Assembly (NCBI GenBank): GCA_054600435.1
Contig: BAAIJX010000048.1
Span: 62,001 to 126,000, forward strand
Source: Neophaeotheca triangularis
Lineage: Eukaryota
Length of the DNA: 64,000 bases
Direction of reading: 5' to 3'
In this document: positions 13,501 through 26,203 of the stretch, piece after piece
How the letters are laid out: each line of letters begins with the position of its first letter
How positions within the stretch are numbered: position 1 is the stretch's first letter
The notes under the pieces: model-generated
What the model was told of the DNA's origin: nothing
Database searches by the model: none
What the model saw: only the letters and a program-made list of their open reading frames with translations
Program-made: the position numbers and the translations under genes

Positions 13501-14168
13501 CCGATATGCCTTTCGCCGACTCTGGAATCAACCCCGACATCATCATGAACCCCCACGGTTTCCCGTCGCGTATGACAGTAGGGAAAATGCTTGAGCTCGT
13601 GTCCGGAAAAGCCGGCGTTCTGCGAGGCACGCAAGAGTACGGCACGGCTTTCGGAGGCAGCAAAGTCGAAGACATGGGCAAAGAGCTGGTGTCACGCGGC
13701 TACAGCTACTCCGGCAAGGACTTTGTCACTTCCGGCATCACGGGCGAGAGTCTGCCGGCTTACGTCTTCTTCGGGCCCATCTACTACCAGAAGCTCAAAC
13801 ACATGGTGGCCGACAAGATGCACTCGCGTTCCACGGGCCCACGCGCCATGATGACCCGCCAGCCCACGGAAGGTCGCAGCAGGCTCGGTGGTCTGCGTCT
13901 GGGAGAGATGGAGCGCGACTGCTTGATTGCGTACGGCGCTTCTCAACTTCTGCTCGAGCGCCTCATGCTGAGCTCGGATGTGCATATTGTGGAGATTTGC
14001 GAAGCTTGTGGTATGATGGGCTACCAGAATTGGTGCCAGGGTTGCCGCAGTTCGAAGGGCATGCACAAGATGAAGATGCCATATGCGGCCAAGTTGCTGA
14101 TTCAGGAACTCACGAGTATGAACGTCTCGGCGAGGTTGAAGCTTGGTGATGAGTTTCCAAGGTCGTAG
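10525..14168 (+). CDS. RET1: RNA polymerase III second-largest subunit (RPC2/C128); exons 10525-10581, 10656-14168
   Basis: Intron GTGAGT..CTAAC..CAG is in frame with the 1132-aa ORF. Motifs KWNLLPAFL.VKGL, GYDIEDA, GDKFSSRHGQKG, RLGEMERD and a C-terminal Cys4 zinc site. KWNLLPAF and YDIEDA point to Pol III rather than Pol II. Confidence 0.95.
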
Positions 14169-14934
14169 TCAACTATGGCGAAGGTGGAACAAGGTGCTTC
14201 TGAGAGGCGCGTAAGGGAGTGCGAGGGAGTCGCATAGGCAAAGGAATGAGGCATGAGGCATTGGTTGCATAGCGAATGGCGTTTGTATTCGGCGTGATCA
14301 CCGCCATGCTAGATACCACCGAATGAAGACTGAATTTATTTGATGATTTTACCACTTGGTCAAACCACGAGAAAGGTTATACAGGCGTTAGTGCGTGACC
14401 TGCGTCGGGCTGTCCTGCTGTGAAGGCCTTTGTCTCGTTATTGCTCGTCAGCCCAAACCCTTACCCTATGGTATAGAGACCGACCACGCCCATCGACCTC
14501 TTGCCTATTACCTGCATGTACACGTATACTTCACTGGACTCTCTAGCTTTCTGGGGGGCTTAAGGCGTAGCGGCCGACGGGGTATCGCTGAGCTTGACTT
14601 GGAAAGCGCCGGAACGCAACAGGGAAGAACTTCAGATGATAGGTAGTGTCAAAAGCTCCCTACCCAGAGTGTGCCTTCGTCCGGTGATCGTTCATACCAG
14701 AGCACGTGTAGTCAGTTTAGATAATTGCATACCTACCGGAATCCCCAGATAATTTTTAAGACATCCATGTAGAAAAGTGAAAGATAGTCACAATCGTCCG
14801 ACAAGCCTGGCGCCCTGGGGTATCTCTAGGCTTGTTCCAATGATCACGCCAAAACTTCCAAAGCACCATCCATGATATTTCTCACTCCGGCTTGACTGCA
14901 AAGTTTCGCACCAGCCAGAAACCAGTCGCGGCCT

Positions 14935-16818
14935 TCAAGAAGTCGCTGAAGCACTTTCCGCCATCTCCCCAGGAAGGTTGGCAGAGTCAAACGGCTTCTT
15001 CTTCATCGTCGCACTGACGTTTGAAGCAGTTTCCAGACCGCCCAAATACCCCTGCACGCGCCCCAAAACCTTGTCGTCCTCCATTCCAGGCATGAACTCG
15101 TCAATCATGATGAGATTGTGAGGCTCTGCGGCCGCCTTGGAGATGGTATCGTCGATCAGCACGGTATTTGTCTGATCCCAGCGAGCACCACTGATCGGAT
15201 GCTTCCCCTGAATAGCCTGATCCTTCCACACCCACGACAACTGCTTGTACACGAAGATTTTCTGTTTGCTCTGCGCCGGGGTGAGGTTGAGATTCTCGCG
15301 GCCCCAGATGCCGAGGAAGTGAGGGGAATTGAGCTGCTCGGCGGTGAAGACTCGCTGGCACATGCCTTGCACGTTGCGGAGCAGGGCCGAGGACCAGACT
15401 AGGACGCAGTGGTGGGCGAAGAGGTAGGCAATAAATTCCTCGCAGCCGGGGCGTTGCTTAAACGACGCGGCTTTGGAGTTCTTGCGGTAGCCCAGGGTGC
15501 CGTTGAGATCCAGGATGACTAGGAGTCTGCGGCTGGAGGGTAGCGCCGAAGAGTCCTCGTTGGTTTGTGCCATGTATTCGGCGGATGGCATGGGTACGGG
15601 TAGCACGTGTCTCTTCTGTCGCTTGCTTGTTAGTGCCTTGCCGTTGCCAGCAGCGGCAGCCCCGTTGGATAGAGAAGTACATGCCTCCGTCACTTCGCGG
15701 CTAGGGCTAGCAGAGCTGCCGGGCTGTGCCATGCTTCCTGGACCCCCAAGCGCCTTGTTGGCACCGAGTTGAGGTCGCCGCGTTGGTGTGTGGGGAGGGC
15801 GGACGGGAATTTGCTTGGCGGGTTGCGGATAGGGGCCTGAAGCAAATGGTGGTATAGGCGCTGGGATGGCACCGGAGAACCCGCTCGCCGCCCCATATCC
15901 ACCTCCTTGGTGACGATAGGGGGTTACGAGTTCTTGGTTCGGCTGCCCGAAGGGGGTGATACCAGGCGCTATGGCCTGCGCGACGTGGCGAGGTGAGGTT
16001 GCCAGTTCTTGGGATGGCTGCCCGGAGGATAAGGAGTCTTCCGCTGTGGCCTGCGCAGACTGGTGTGATGGTGCCAGTTCTTGGGTTGGCTGCCTTGTGT
16101 GTGCGGTCACTCGAGCCGCCATACCGACTGGTCGTTCTCCTGGTGCTATCTCCTGCCCGAACTCCTCCCTCAACGAGCGGTCTGAGGCCATGTTCCGCTG
16201 CCTGCCTTTGAAATGTGAGCGTGAGATTTATATCAACGGAGATGGGTAATAGGCTGGGAATGTACCGTTATTGCTGGACTTTGCGAAGACGGAGGATCTC
16301 TTTGCAGCGTTATCAGGTGGGGTTTTAAAGTGGCCACGAGGTTTTCGCGTGAAGTCGTCGTTCGAGGATGACTCCGGGTGTGCCGACGCTCTCCTACTAC
16401 GAGGCAGGTCAGGCCTTGGCGTAATTCTCAACCTCACTTGTGACGCCACCTACCTTGCTGCACCCGCCCCAGACTGCGCCACAGAGGCGCTGGGAGTAGT
16501 AAGGTCATGCTTCTTTGGCTTGCGAGGACGAGTATGACGGGGTTGGAAACCAGGGACACGGGGATCCAGAGCCTCTCCCCGCGAATGGGGAGGCACATAG
16601 CGAGTCGTCTTCCCCTCAGAGGCCGCCTGTGGTGCCAATTGCTCTGCGCTGCTCGTCTGCGACCCCTGACTGGTAAGACTCAATGATGTGAATTGGTTCG
16701 ATATAGTCTCCAAGTCCGCTTGATCTGTGGTATGGTTCTGAGGACTAGAAAATTTTGGATGGAGTGGCACGCCGCCATCCTCTTCTCTTCCTTGCTGCGA
16801 CTCTATCGTCTTAGCCAT
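14935..16818 (-). CDS. FCP1/NIF-like HAD-fold phosphatase-domain protein with long disordered N-terminus; exons 16818-16454, 16396-16266, 16205-14935 (588 aa)
   Basis: Motifs LLVILDLNGTL, RPG..EF, VLVWSSA, YKQL..VW, NTVLIDD. Two introns (GTAGGT..CTGAC..TAG; GTACAT..CTCAC..AAG) remove in-frame stops between three same-frame ORFs. Confidence 0.78.
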
Positions 16819-19800
16819 TGATGCATGATCGTGGCTCACATTGATTTCCTTACGCTACTCATACTTGGCTTTATTGTTGCTTGCACGTGTACCTTTGTCG
16901 GTCTCGAACGGGCCTGTCAGTAACATGTACGTCTGTGACAGAAAGTGAGCACTCACCTAGCCATAATAGAAACCAGACGATACGGAAAAATGTATCCCAT
17001 ACTATGGCTTGGCGTGTACACTCGAAGACCCAACTGTTGTAATAGGAAGGCACGACGTTGCAAAGCGATGGCTTGGCACAGCCACACGCGGTGGCGTTCC
17101 TCGTAAGTCGCTCGCTTCATACTAGTATATCACATCTCACAGTGGAAACGGAACTTGTCCAGCAACCATCACTTCCTTCTCAGTTCTATATCTGCATTCT
17201 TAAGCCGCCATTCTCTTTGAGAAAGCCACAGTGTCTTATTTGCTGGCCTGGTCTAGAACCCACAATGCCCGTACATTACATGATCGACGTGAAGGCTGCT
17301 GCTGGCCTCACTCGCTACCTCCCTATGCTGGCGGAAACAAAGCTGCAAAGGACAATCGAAGGCTGCATAGACCGTCAAAGTGTCGTTAAAACTAGGACAG
17401 AGGCTTTGCCAGTCATCGTGCTGCGAGAGCGTAGAACGTGTCTGTGGGAAGATTATGGCGTGCGAACACCGAGATTGGTACGTTAACTCAGACATTGTGG
17501 ACGGAAAATGTATCGACTCCATGTGTTTCCGCGCCATAGTGCTCGGTGTCTGGATGGAGTCCAGTGGAACGGTACAGAGTAAGCTGGTAGAGAGCGGCAT
17601 GCATCTTTTGACAGCGATGCAGTGCCCGTTTGCAACGAGTGAGCCGGCACCGAGTACATAAGCTTCACAATCAGCGAGTCGCTCAGGGTGTTGCTGGCGC
17701 CAAAGATTCAAAGTCGAGTGCCACTGACAGCGCATCCATACACTGGGAAGATGTGCCCGCCGTGGCACAGAACCGAGTTTTTGAAAGCGTGGCTGCAGAC
17801 CTCCCACGCTCCTCCACACCGCGGTTCTGGTGGCGTGCTGCATTCTTTTGTCGTTTCAGTCATTGCGGCTTTTGACTTGCGCTTCCTGTGGAGGTAAGGG
17901 GCGGTAAGGGACGAAGCGCGCTGTTTCGAAAGGCGATAAGGAGGGATGCCGTTGGTCCACTGAGAGGATGGAATTCATGCTCTAACAGACTGGAAAGTTG
18001 TCTGGAAGCCATATGAGGACTTGACTCACTGCAGAGAAGTAAGCTGCTTGTACGATTCACTCTGCAGGACTGACACGCAACAACCGCCCGTCAAGAAGAG
18101 GTAGCTTGTCATCCAGGGAACTCAGCAACGGCAACTCGGGGTACATATGTACAAACCTACATGGCGCTACGTTCTGGTGTCCTCCGGCTTCGAGCTACAA
18201 CATGGAGCTGTTTCTCACCCGCGTCGTTGTCGGACAAGTTATTGATTGACAAGCTGTCTACCACGATCCAGACATCTGTAGACAAGGTAACACGGGAACA
18301 AAACACACTTGGAATGCATCGGTGGTGCGTGACTTGTCTGGTCCAACTGCACTTCCAAGGTCGTTAGTGGCAGCCTATCATTCGGCTGGCGGCACCATGA
18401 AAGGCGTTCACCAAGACGGCATGCCTCGTGCATTTGACTAATTGAGCGTCTTCGAAAGGCTCTCGTCTGACCAAGCAGTCGACACCTGAGCACGCCGAAG
18501 AAATGATGAGTATCACAAGCCCGCCTGCAAAGCGCATAGATGTCCGATGGCTTGCGAACATGTCCTCATCGCAGCCCTAAAAGTTCCAGCCCGCAATGGT
18601 AAAGCCAATGCCGTATCTTGACCGTGGTCCAAATACATCAGTCTGAGGCACAGTAGTATCTTCCAAACACCAGGTCCGGGGTGTAGGATCACGGGCGATC
18701 CAGCATCGTAGACAGAGTGAATATAATTTCTCAGGCTGAAATGAACAGGGCATCCTTGGCCTTTGGGTGAAGCGCTTCATCAGCATTGGCGAGCAGGAGA
18801 ATACGTAAACTCATTTGCCGCTGATTGCTCGAGCTTCGCCGAGGCCGAATCCGGTTCGAATATGTGTTTTTCGCGTGTTGATTGTGTTGTCGCCATGTGC
18901 CCTACTCAACCGCATGGCATTGAGGAGGTACGTACCTGGAAGACTTTTATCGTTGACGAAAAGCAAAAGTTCCCACGTATCTTCATTCTTGTGTGGAGAT
19001 TATTGAAGATGTACCTGATGTAGTCGCCCCGAGATGCTCTAGCGGAACCCACAGCTCCTGCACAGGCTCCCAGCAGCTTCAAGTGGGCGCGTTCTCGCGA
19101 TTCCCGTCTGCACTACACTACTGCTACTAGTACTGTCGACGGCAGATCATTCGTTGCTTGGCAGGGGAGGTGTTTCAGGAAAACACAGCTTGAACGAATA
19201 GGAAGCGACGGGCCCTGGCAGTCTGGAGAAAACCAAGGCTGCAGGGGAGGTGATTTAGGTGAATAATGCGTGAAGACCGGAGGAAGGGAGGAGCCGTCCT
19301 TGCAGAAGGCTGCAGAGAGAGTTCAAGCGGCGCGGCTCCTATGCAGGAACGCGAGAGCTCCCAAGATATTGGATCATTAAAATTCGTCACGTCGTAATAA
19401 TTGTTAACAACCTCAACTACTACTACCTACCTGAACTACCATCAGCACCCGTGCATTTGTTGTATGATACAGTGATAGATTTGTTTTGATTGGGCTTTTG
19501 ATTGTTGTCGTCGTCGAGAGATGCGGTATTACGTAGGATATGGCAGCGCCACATTCTTCGCTAGTCGCCGAGTCGACACATTCTAGACATCACAAAGGCC
19601 TCAGCGACGTAAGGGACAGGCGAGGGAGGTCGACACATGTCTCATGGTCCGTACAAAGAGCCAGACCTCCCTGGGTACCTGACCTCACCTCTTGCACCGT
19701 CACCGCCGCCCTCGTTTTTCGTATCGTCTGCATATCGTCAATAGCCCCGCCCAAACTTTGCGTCGATTACCTCAGGTATCTTGCAAGCACACCTTATGCA

Positions 19801-20405
19801 ACTTGTGCCACTGATGCAACCTGCGGCCAACGGAGCACACATCGGATAGCCGCAGAAGAGAGAGGAATCTTGGTGGATCACGGATATCCGATCGACGTAA
19901 TTTAACAAACGGCAGGGCCTCGTTTGAAACTTGACAGGGGTTCGGTGACATTGACAGGGTTGTGGCCTTGTGCTCCCCACAGACTACAGTCGTAGCGGTG
20001 CGCGGATTAGAGGAAGCTTAGGAACTAGGAAGGTGCGGTGCAAAGCGTACCTAGAGGAAAGTAAAAGATTATTGTTATTACCTTATTGCTTGCAGGAGCG
20101 CGCCTTCCGTTTCAAGAGACGCTAGCGCTGTCCCTGCCAGGCTGTCACAGCAGGTCGAAAACAAAAAGCCGCCGCCCTCTCCTCTCCGCCTCTCCGCCTC
20201 TTCTCTTCCCCCAAGCGAACATCACCTGCGACGACAACTACCACGCTTCCACTCCCACCCTACCAACTACCAGTCACTCCTTCTGCAGCTAGCTGCATTT
20301 ACATTCATTACCCATTCACCACACGCGCCACCAGTCGCCCTCCACTGCTCTCTCAGCACAAAAAGCCTCAGCGAAGAAACGTCCACGACCGCGTGAGTTA
20401 ACCGC

Positions 20406-20440
20406 CCTACCCTACCCTACCCTACCCTACCCTACCCTAC
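20406..20440 (+). repeat. (CCTAC)7 microsatellite
   Basis: Directly visible pentanucleotide tandem array. Confidence 0.9.
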
Positions 20441-20856
20441 CGTCTTCCCCCCCACCTGCAAAAAACCACCACCTCGCCTTGCATTGCATTGTTGCGGACA
20501 CAACGTCACCTGTTCCCTCCACCACCTCCGCTACCACACTTCGACCGCATACCTACCTACCTACCTCCTATTCACCTACTACCGATTGCGCTCTTCCGTG
20601 AGACATCAACCAAGGAAACCCTCCATCCACTATATCGCCTATAAAGGACTCGATCTTCGTTTTCCTCGTCCCTTTCGACTTGCATTGACTGCACCCTCAC
20701 TTCCACTCGTTACTATTGACAGCTGCTATTGTCGTCGATATCTTCTGGCAAGACACCGCGACTAACACTGCTACTCCAGTCATTACCAACAAGCAAAGCA
20801 AGCGATCCGTGATCCGCAAGGCCTTACCAAAGCAAAACCTACCAACCACCAACAAG

Positions 20857-22036
20857 ATGCGTTCCGCCTTCGCTGTCGCCGCTCTGATCGCCGGTGCCAC
20901 CGCCGTGCCGTACCAGAAGCGTGCTGTAGTCACCAACTACGAAGTCGTCTACGAAACCGCCTATGTCACCGTGACCCACGGCGCTGAGCCCACCTCGGCT
21001 GTCGACGTTGCCCCGGCCGCCGAGACTTCCGTCGTCGAAGAGAACAACCGCAAAGGTCGCCACGGTCACGGCCACGGCTGGACCTGGAAGTACGGTGACA
21101 GGAAGGAGGAGCCTGTCTCGGAGGCTGAGACCGAGCCCGTCACTACTGAGGTTGCCGAGGCCCCTGAGCCAGAGCCCACCACCGAGGCCCCTGAGCCGAC
21201 TACTGAGGCCCCTGAGCCAGAGCCCACCACCGAGGCCCCTGAGCCGACTACTGAGGCCCCCGAGCCCACTACCCAGGCCCCCGAGCCAACCCAGGCCTAC
21301 GAGGCTCCCGTTTCATACGACGAGCCTGAGCCTGAGCCTGCCCCAGTTTCCTCCGAGGAACCTGCTCCCTCTTCCGCCGACTCGGCCGGCGCTGCACCAA
21401 CCTCGTACGCCGAGATTGCCACCTACCACCACAACCTTCACCGCGCCAACCACTCTGCCGACCCCTTGGAGTGGGACTCTGAGCTCGCCGACTGTGCTGC
21501 TGAGATAGCCTCCAGCTGCGTCTACGCCCACAATGTGTAAGTCCTTAACAGATTCGTCCAATGTGCGCTTCCTCCCGCTAACGATCTACAGCGAGGCCCG
21601 TGGTGGTGGTTACGGCCAAAACATTGCCGCCGGTGTTGAAGCCGGCAACGTTTCTGCCGTCATTACCGACCTTTTCTACAACGGCGAAGTCAACCTTTTC
21701 GAGGGTCTCTATAACCAGGACAACCCTGACATGTCCAACTTCGAAGAGTGGGGCCACTTCTCCCAGATTGTCTGGAAGGGCACCACCAAGTTGGGCTGCG
21801 CCACCCACGACTGCTCTGGACAGGGGCTTGCCAACGTCGGCTCCACCGTCTCCCCGTACTTCACCGTCTGCAACTACAAGTCCCCAGGTACGCAACGAAC
21901 CAACTCTGCACACGCTTTCCCGTGTCCAAACTTGCTAACAACCTCTCCAGGCAACTACGCTGGCGAGTACGCCGACAACGTCGGTGAGCCCCTCGAGAAG
22001 GCCACGGTGTACTGGGACGCTGGTCTCAACGCCTAA
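20857..22036 (+). CDS. Secreted CAP/SCP/PR-1 (PRY-like) protein; exons 20857-21536, 21592-21887, 21951-22036
   Basis: Signal peptide MRSAFAVAALIAGATA, Kex2 site QKR, E/P/T-rich spacer. CAP motifs HN.HRANH, YGQNIA, WGHFSQIVWK, VCNY..PGN. Two canonical introns. Confidence 0.92.
21157..21300 (+). repeat. Coding tandem repeats (TEAPEP[EP]T), including a perfect 48-bp duplication 21157-21204/21205-21252
   Basis: Directly visible in DNA and protein. Confidence 0.9.
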
Positions 22037-23179
22037 ATGACGGGCAACTCCACAACCTCTCCTACCTGATCTTGCATGATGAGCGTAGCCGCGGACACAG
22101 CAACGGGGGCTCCTCATCGATGGATATTCGTTCAACGTGCATCTGGCGGAGTTCAAGATTTTCCACACGCATATGTGGCACTTGTGGAAACTGGTTTTTT
22201 CACTCTTTCATATCCACCAAACCCTTTTGCTCTACCCAAGCCGGTCGTACTCTCCCTTGCTCCTGGAACGTTCCTGAGCCAAGGCACCTTTTCACCAAGT
22301 CGTCGGCTTTCTGACAAGAATATGCTGGGTTCGGATTCATGACGGGGCGTGGGAAAGCGTAAGGACCGGTAAGGGCACTGCGAGGGGATGGATGGGATTG
22401 CTTTCTGATGTTCATACTTTTTGCTCGCGAGGATTGACACCTGCGAGGCCTTTGTTTGACTCGCAGGCGGTCAGTTTATACTTCGATTCTTGACGAATGC
22501 AATGCTTTCCAACGATGATTTATCGATGTCCTTTTCTTTCTTGAGCTTGCTTGCTTTCATTCGTTTTCCTTGATCAGTGCGGAAATTGTGACGATTGTCG
22601 GAGCCGGCTCCGATGGCTTCAAAGTTCCAAGCCGTTGCGACTTGCGAGATAGCGATCTTCCTGTCCGTGCGTACGTCCTCATAGGTAAGTAAGGTAAGGT
22701 AGTGTTGTTGACATCGAGTTGGATTTTCCGCACCTCCGACCAGACGAGGTAGTTGACACTTTTCAAGTAGTCACTTATGTAGGATGGGACGAAGGGAACC
22801 GCAGAGGGTACATCATACTACGATACGCAGCCCGAGGTCAACGAAAGACAAATCAGATTATCTCACCGGCGCTCCCGTCGCCTCTACCTCGGGGGTAACG
22901 TTATCGGTTTCCCCAGCTCCTCCCCCACTCTTATCAACAAGTGTGACGCGCGATAAGCACTCATCCGCCCGCATCGCCTCCACTCTACAGATGTCGGGTG
23001 CCATACGGGTTACCTACCTAAGGTTTGATTCGACCGCGACACGAGCATGAGCGACAGCCCTGGAGGCCACCTGCAGGCACCTGGAAAGTCAAAGTGGCGT
23101 TTGTCGTCTGTAGACTTCCACTTGACAGGTCTCTCGAAACGCTCAACTACCTCCTACATTCCACCCCCCACATCCCTTC

Positions 23180-25711
23180 ATGCATCGTCTCTTGACGCTT
23201 CCACGTCCACCTGGCTTTCGTCGCTATCTTAACACGACAACTTCCCTTTCCAAGCCCCTCTCAGCAGCGCGACGGCCTCTATCCTCGCGCGCAAGACTAG
23301 CGCCACTCTCCATTTCGACCAACACTTTATCGAATTACAGGAGCTACGCCAATATGTCGAGTCCGCCGGCGTTCAATGGCGCCGTAAACCTCACCAACCG
23401 ATGCGGCGATAGCAAGAGTCCCTACGTCCGTTCTCACATGGACAATCCAACTGCCTGGCAACTCTGGACGCCGCAAACGCTGGAGCTCGCTCGCAAGACG
23501 AATCGTCTATTGTTTGTGAGCATTGGCTACTCTGCGTGCCACTGGTGGTACGCCTCGTTTCGACACCTTCGCGCTCCCTCGTTCGCACAGCTGACGAACA
23601 GTTCAACAGCCACGTCATGGCTCACGAGTCATTCGATTCCCCCATAATCGCGCAACTGCTTAACGAGCATTTTATCCCAATCAAGGTCGATCGCGAAGAG
23701 CGTCCGGACATCGACAGGCAATACATGGACTTTCAGCAAGCGACAAGTGGAGGTGGCGGTTGGCCTCTCAATGTCTTCGTCACGCCAGACCTCATGCCGA
23801 TCTTTGGTGGCACCTACTGGCCTGGCCCTGACAGTGAGAGGGCTGGGATGATGGGCCAACCGAGCTTCGACCAGATTCTGAAGAAGATCGCTCAGACTTG
23901 GAAAGAGCAGGAGAGCAGGTGTAGGGAGAGTGCCAGGGACATCACAGCGCAACTTCGAGAATTTGCGCAAGAGGGTACCCTCGGCGGTAGAGGTGGCGGC
24001 CCGGTTGCCGATGGTGAAGATGATGGTCTCGAACTCGATCTGCTTGAGGAAGCGTACCAACACTACAAGGTAAGGTATGATAAAAAGTTTGGAGGATTCG
24101 GGGGCGCGCCGAAGTTTCCTACACCCGTGCATTTGAGCGCGATGCTTAGGTCAGGGCTGTATGGGCAGGAGGTGAGCGACGTTGTGGGTGAGAATGAGTG
24201 TAAACAGGCGCGCGATATGGTTCTCCACACACTTGGAGCCATGGCCAAGGGCGGCATTAAAGACCAGGTAGGCCATGGCTTTGCGCGGTACTCTGTCACC
24301 AGAGACTGGAGTCTGCCACACTTTGAAAAGATGTATGGCCCCCTTTTATTTTATCTCCTTTCTTTCTCGAGGGCAGCGCACTGATCTCAACATCAGGCTT
24401 TACGATAATGCCCAGCTTCTGCCTCTCTACCTTGATGCTTATCTTGTCAACAAGTCGCCTCATATGTTGGAGACTGTGCACGACATTGCGGAGTATCTAA
24501 CGTCGCCACCGATGGTGTCGCCGCTGGGGGGAATTCACGCAGCCGAGGACGCCGACTCTTTGCCTACTGCTGTTGACAAACACAAGAGGGAGGGTGCGTA
24601 CTACGTATGGACAATGGATGAATTAAAAGGTCTGCTCACGGGACAAGAGACGGACATCTGCTCTCGCTACTGGAACGTGAAGCCCGAGGGCAACGTCGAT
24701 CGTCGCTTTGATTCTCAAGGAGAGCTGGTAGGCCAAAACACCCTCTGCGTGCAAATTTCTACCGAGGAGCTCGCCAAAGAGGTTAGCTTGTCGGAGACAG
24801 CTGTCCAAGAGACTCTCGAATCCGGCCGAAGGAAGCTCCTCGCCTATCGCGAAGAGACAAGACCACGCCCCGCTCTTGACGACAAGATTGTCGCGTCCTG
24901 GAATGGACTAGCAATTGGCGGTCTCGCGCGCACAGCATCTGCACTCCAGACTTCGGACGCAGAGCCGGCCTCGCAATATCTCGCCTCGGCGTCCAAGGCG
25001 GCATCCTGCATTCGCGAACACCTCTTCGACGCTAGCAGCGGCACTTTACGCCGCGTCTACCGTGAGGGCCCTGGCGACACTCAAGGCTTCGCTGACGATT
25101 ACGCTTTCATGATCAGTGGATTGATAGATCTCTACGAAGCGACTTTCGACGACAGCTGGCTGCAATGGGCCGACACGCTACAGCAGACTCAGATACGGTT
25201 GTTTTGGGACGAGGGGAAGCATGCCTTCTTTTCCACACCCGCCGAGCAGCCGGATATCCTCATTAGGGTTAAGGACGCTATGGACAATGCGGAGCCCAGC
25301 ACCAACGGCGTTTCGGGGACCAACCTGTATCGGTTGGGTAGTTTACTCAACGACGAAGCTTTAATGAAGAAGGGCAGACAGACTGTTGCAGCTTTCGAGG
25401 TGGAGATGGGACAACACCCCGGCTTGTTCAGTGGAATGATGGGAAGCGTGGTCGCTAGCAAGTTGGGTATGAAAGGGCTTGTGGTCGTTGGAGATGGCGA
25501 GCAGGCTTCGAGAGCTGTCCGGAAACTCAGGGGACAGGTCAGGCCGAACTGGACGCTTTTGAGGGTTGGTGGTGAGGGTCAGAGTTCTTGGCTTAAAGAA
25601 AGAAATGGGCTTTTGAAGGATATCAACGCGGATAGAGAGATGGTTCAGTTGTGTGAGGGGACGAGTTGTAGACTGCTTGGGGACGGGGAGCTGGAGGCGT
25701 TGTTCGAGTAG
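23180..25711 (+). CDS. SPATA20/YyaL-like protein (thioredoxin-like domain + six-hairpin glycosidase-like fold); exons 23180-23547, 23610-24332, 24397-25711
   Basis: Motifs SPYVRSH.DNP..WQ.W, spliced IGYSACHWCHVMAHESF, KVDREERPDID, GGWPLNVF, GGFGGAPKFP, spliced PHFEKMLYDNAQL, DDKI..SWNGL. Confidence 0.92.
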
Positions 25712-26203
25712 ATAAGTGTAGGGTACATGTACATAGGGTATGTTTAATAAGTGGCCTTTTTTACTCGGTTATCGCCTCTTCTATGTTTCCTGACCTTCAA
25801 TATTCCCTGGAATTTTCTGTGATTTTTCAATCTTTGAGGCTTGCAATACTGCTTTGGGTATATGTATACAGACAGTCTTGGCACATGTCAGCTGTCTCCC
25901 CAAGCTCCCGCCGTCATTCTGTGCCACTGTGCAGGTGGATTCCATGTTTCTACCAGGGTCCATGCTTCAACGCCACTATCCGACACTGCGACTGCGCTTT
26001 GCAACCCACTGCAGCCTGAGTTCCCCAATACTACAGTACTTGCCTTGTTCACTTGAGCAAGACACTTCATTTTCACACAAGGAAATCTACATCCGTCACA
26101 CCCTCTCTGAATCACTTTCTTCACATCAACATCTGCCGGCGAAGAAGCTCACGACACGACCACTTCTCACAACCGCCTTCTGTCTGGCCAGCCCATATCC
26201 AAG

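Noticed and set aside
16228..16452. Apparent stop-codon readthrough between same-frame ORFs
   Set aside because: The stops fall inside predicted 57- and 60-nt introns.
18503..18646. ATGATGA...CTGA as a box C/D snoRNA
   Set aside because: No terminal stem or rRNA-complementary guide that I could recognise; an Rfam/snoscan search would be needed.
18840..18865. GGTTCGAAT tRNA T-loop/B-box-like word
   Set aside because: No cloverleaf, acceptor stem or A-box around it.
21157..21300. Repeats with short variable spacers as a CRISPR array (also 59141-59575)
   Set aside because: Eukaryotic, in-frame coding tandem repeats without unique spacers or cas genes.
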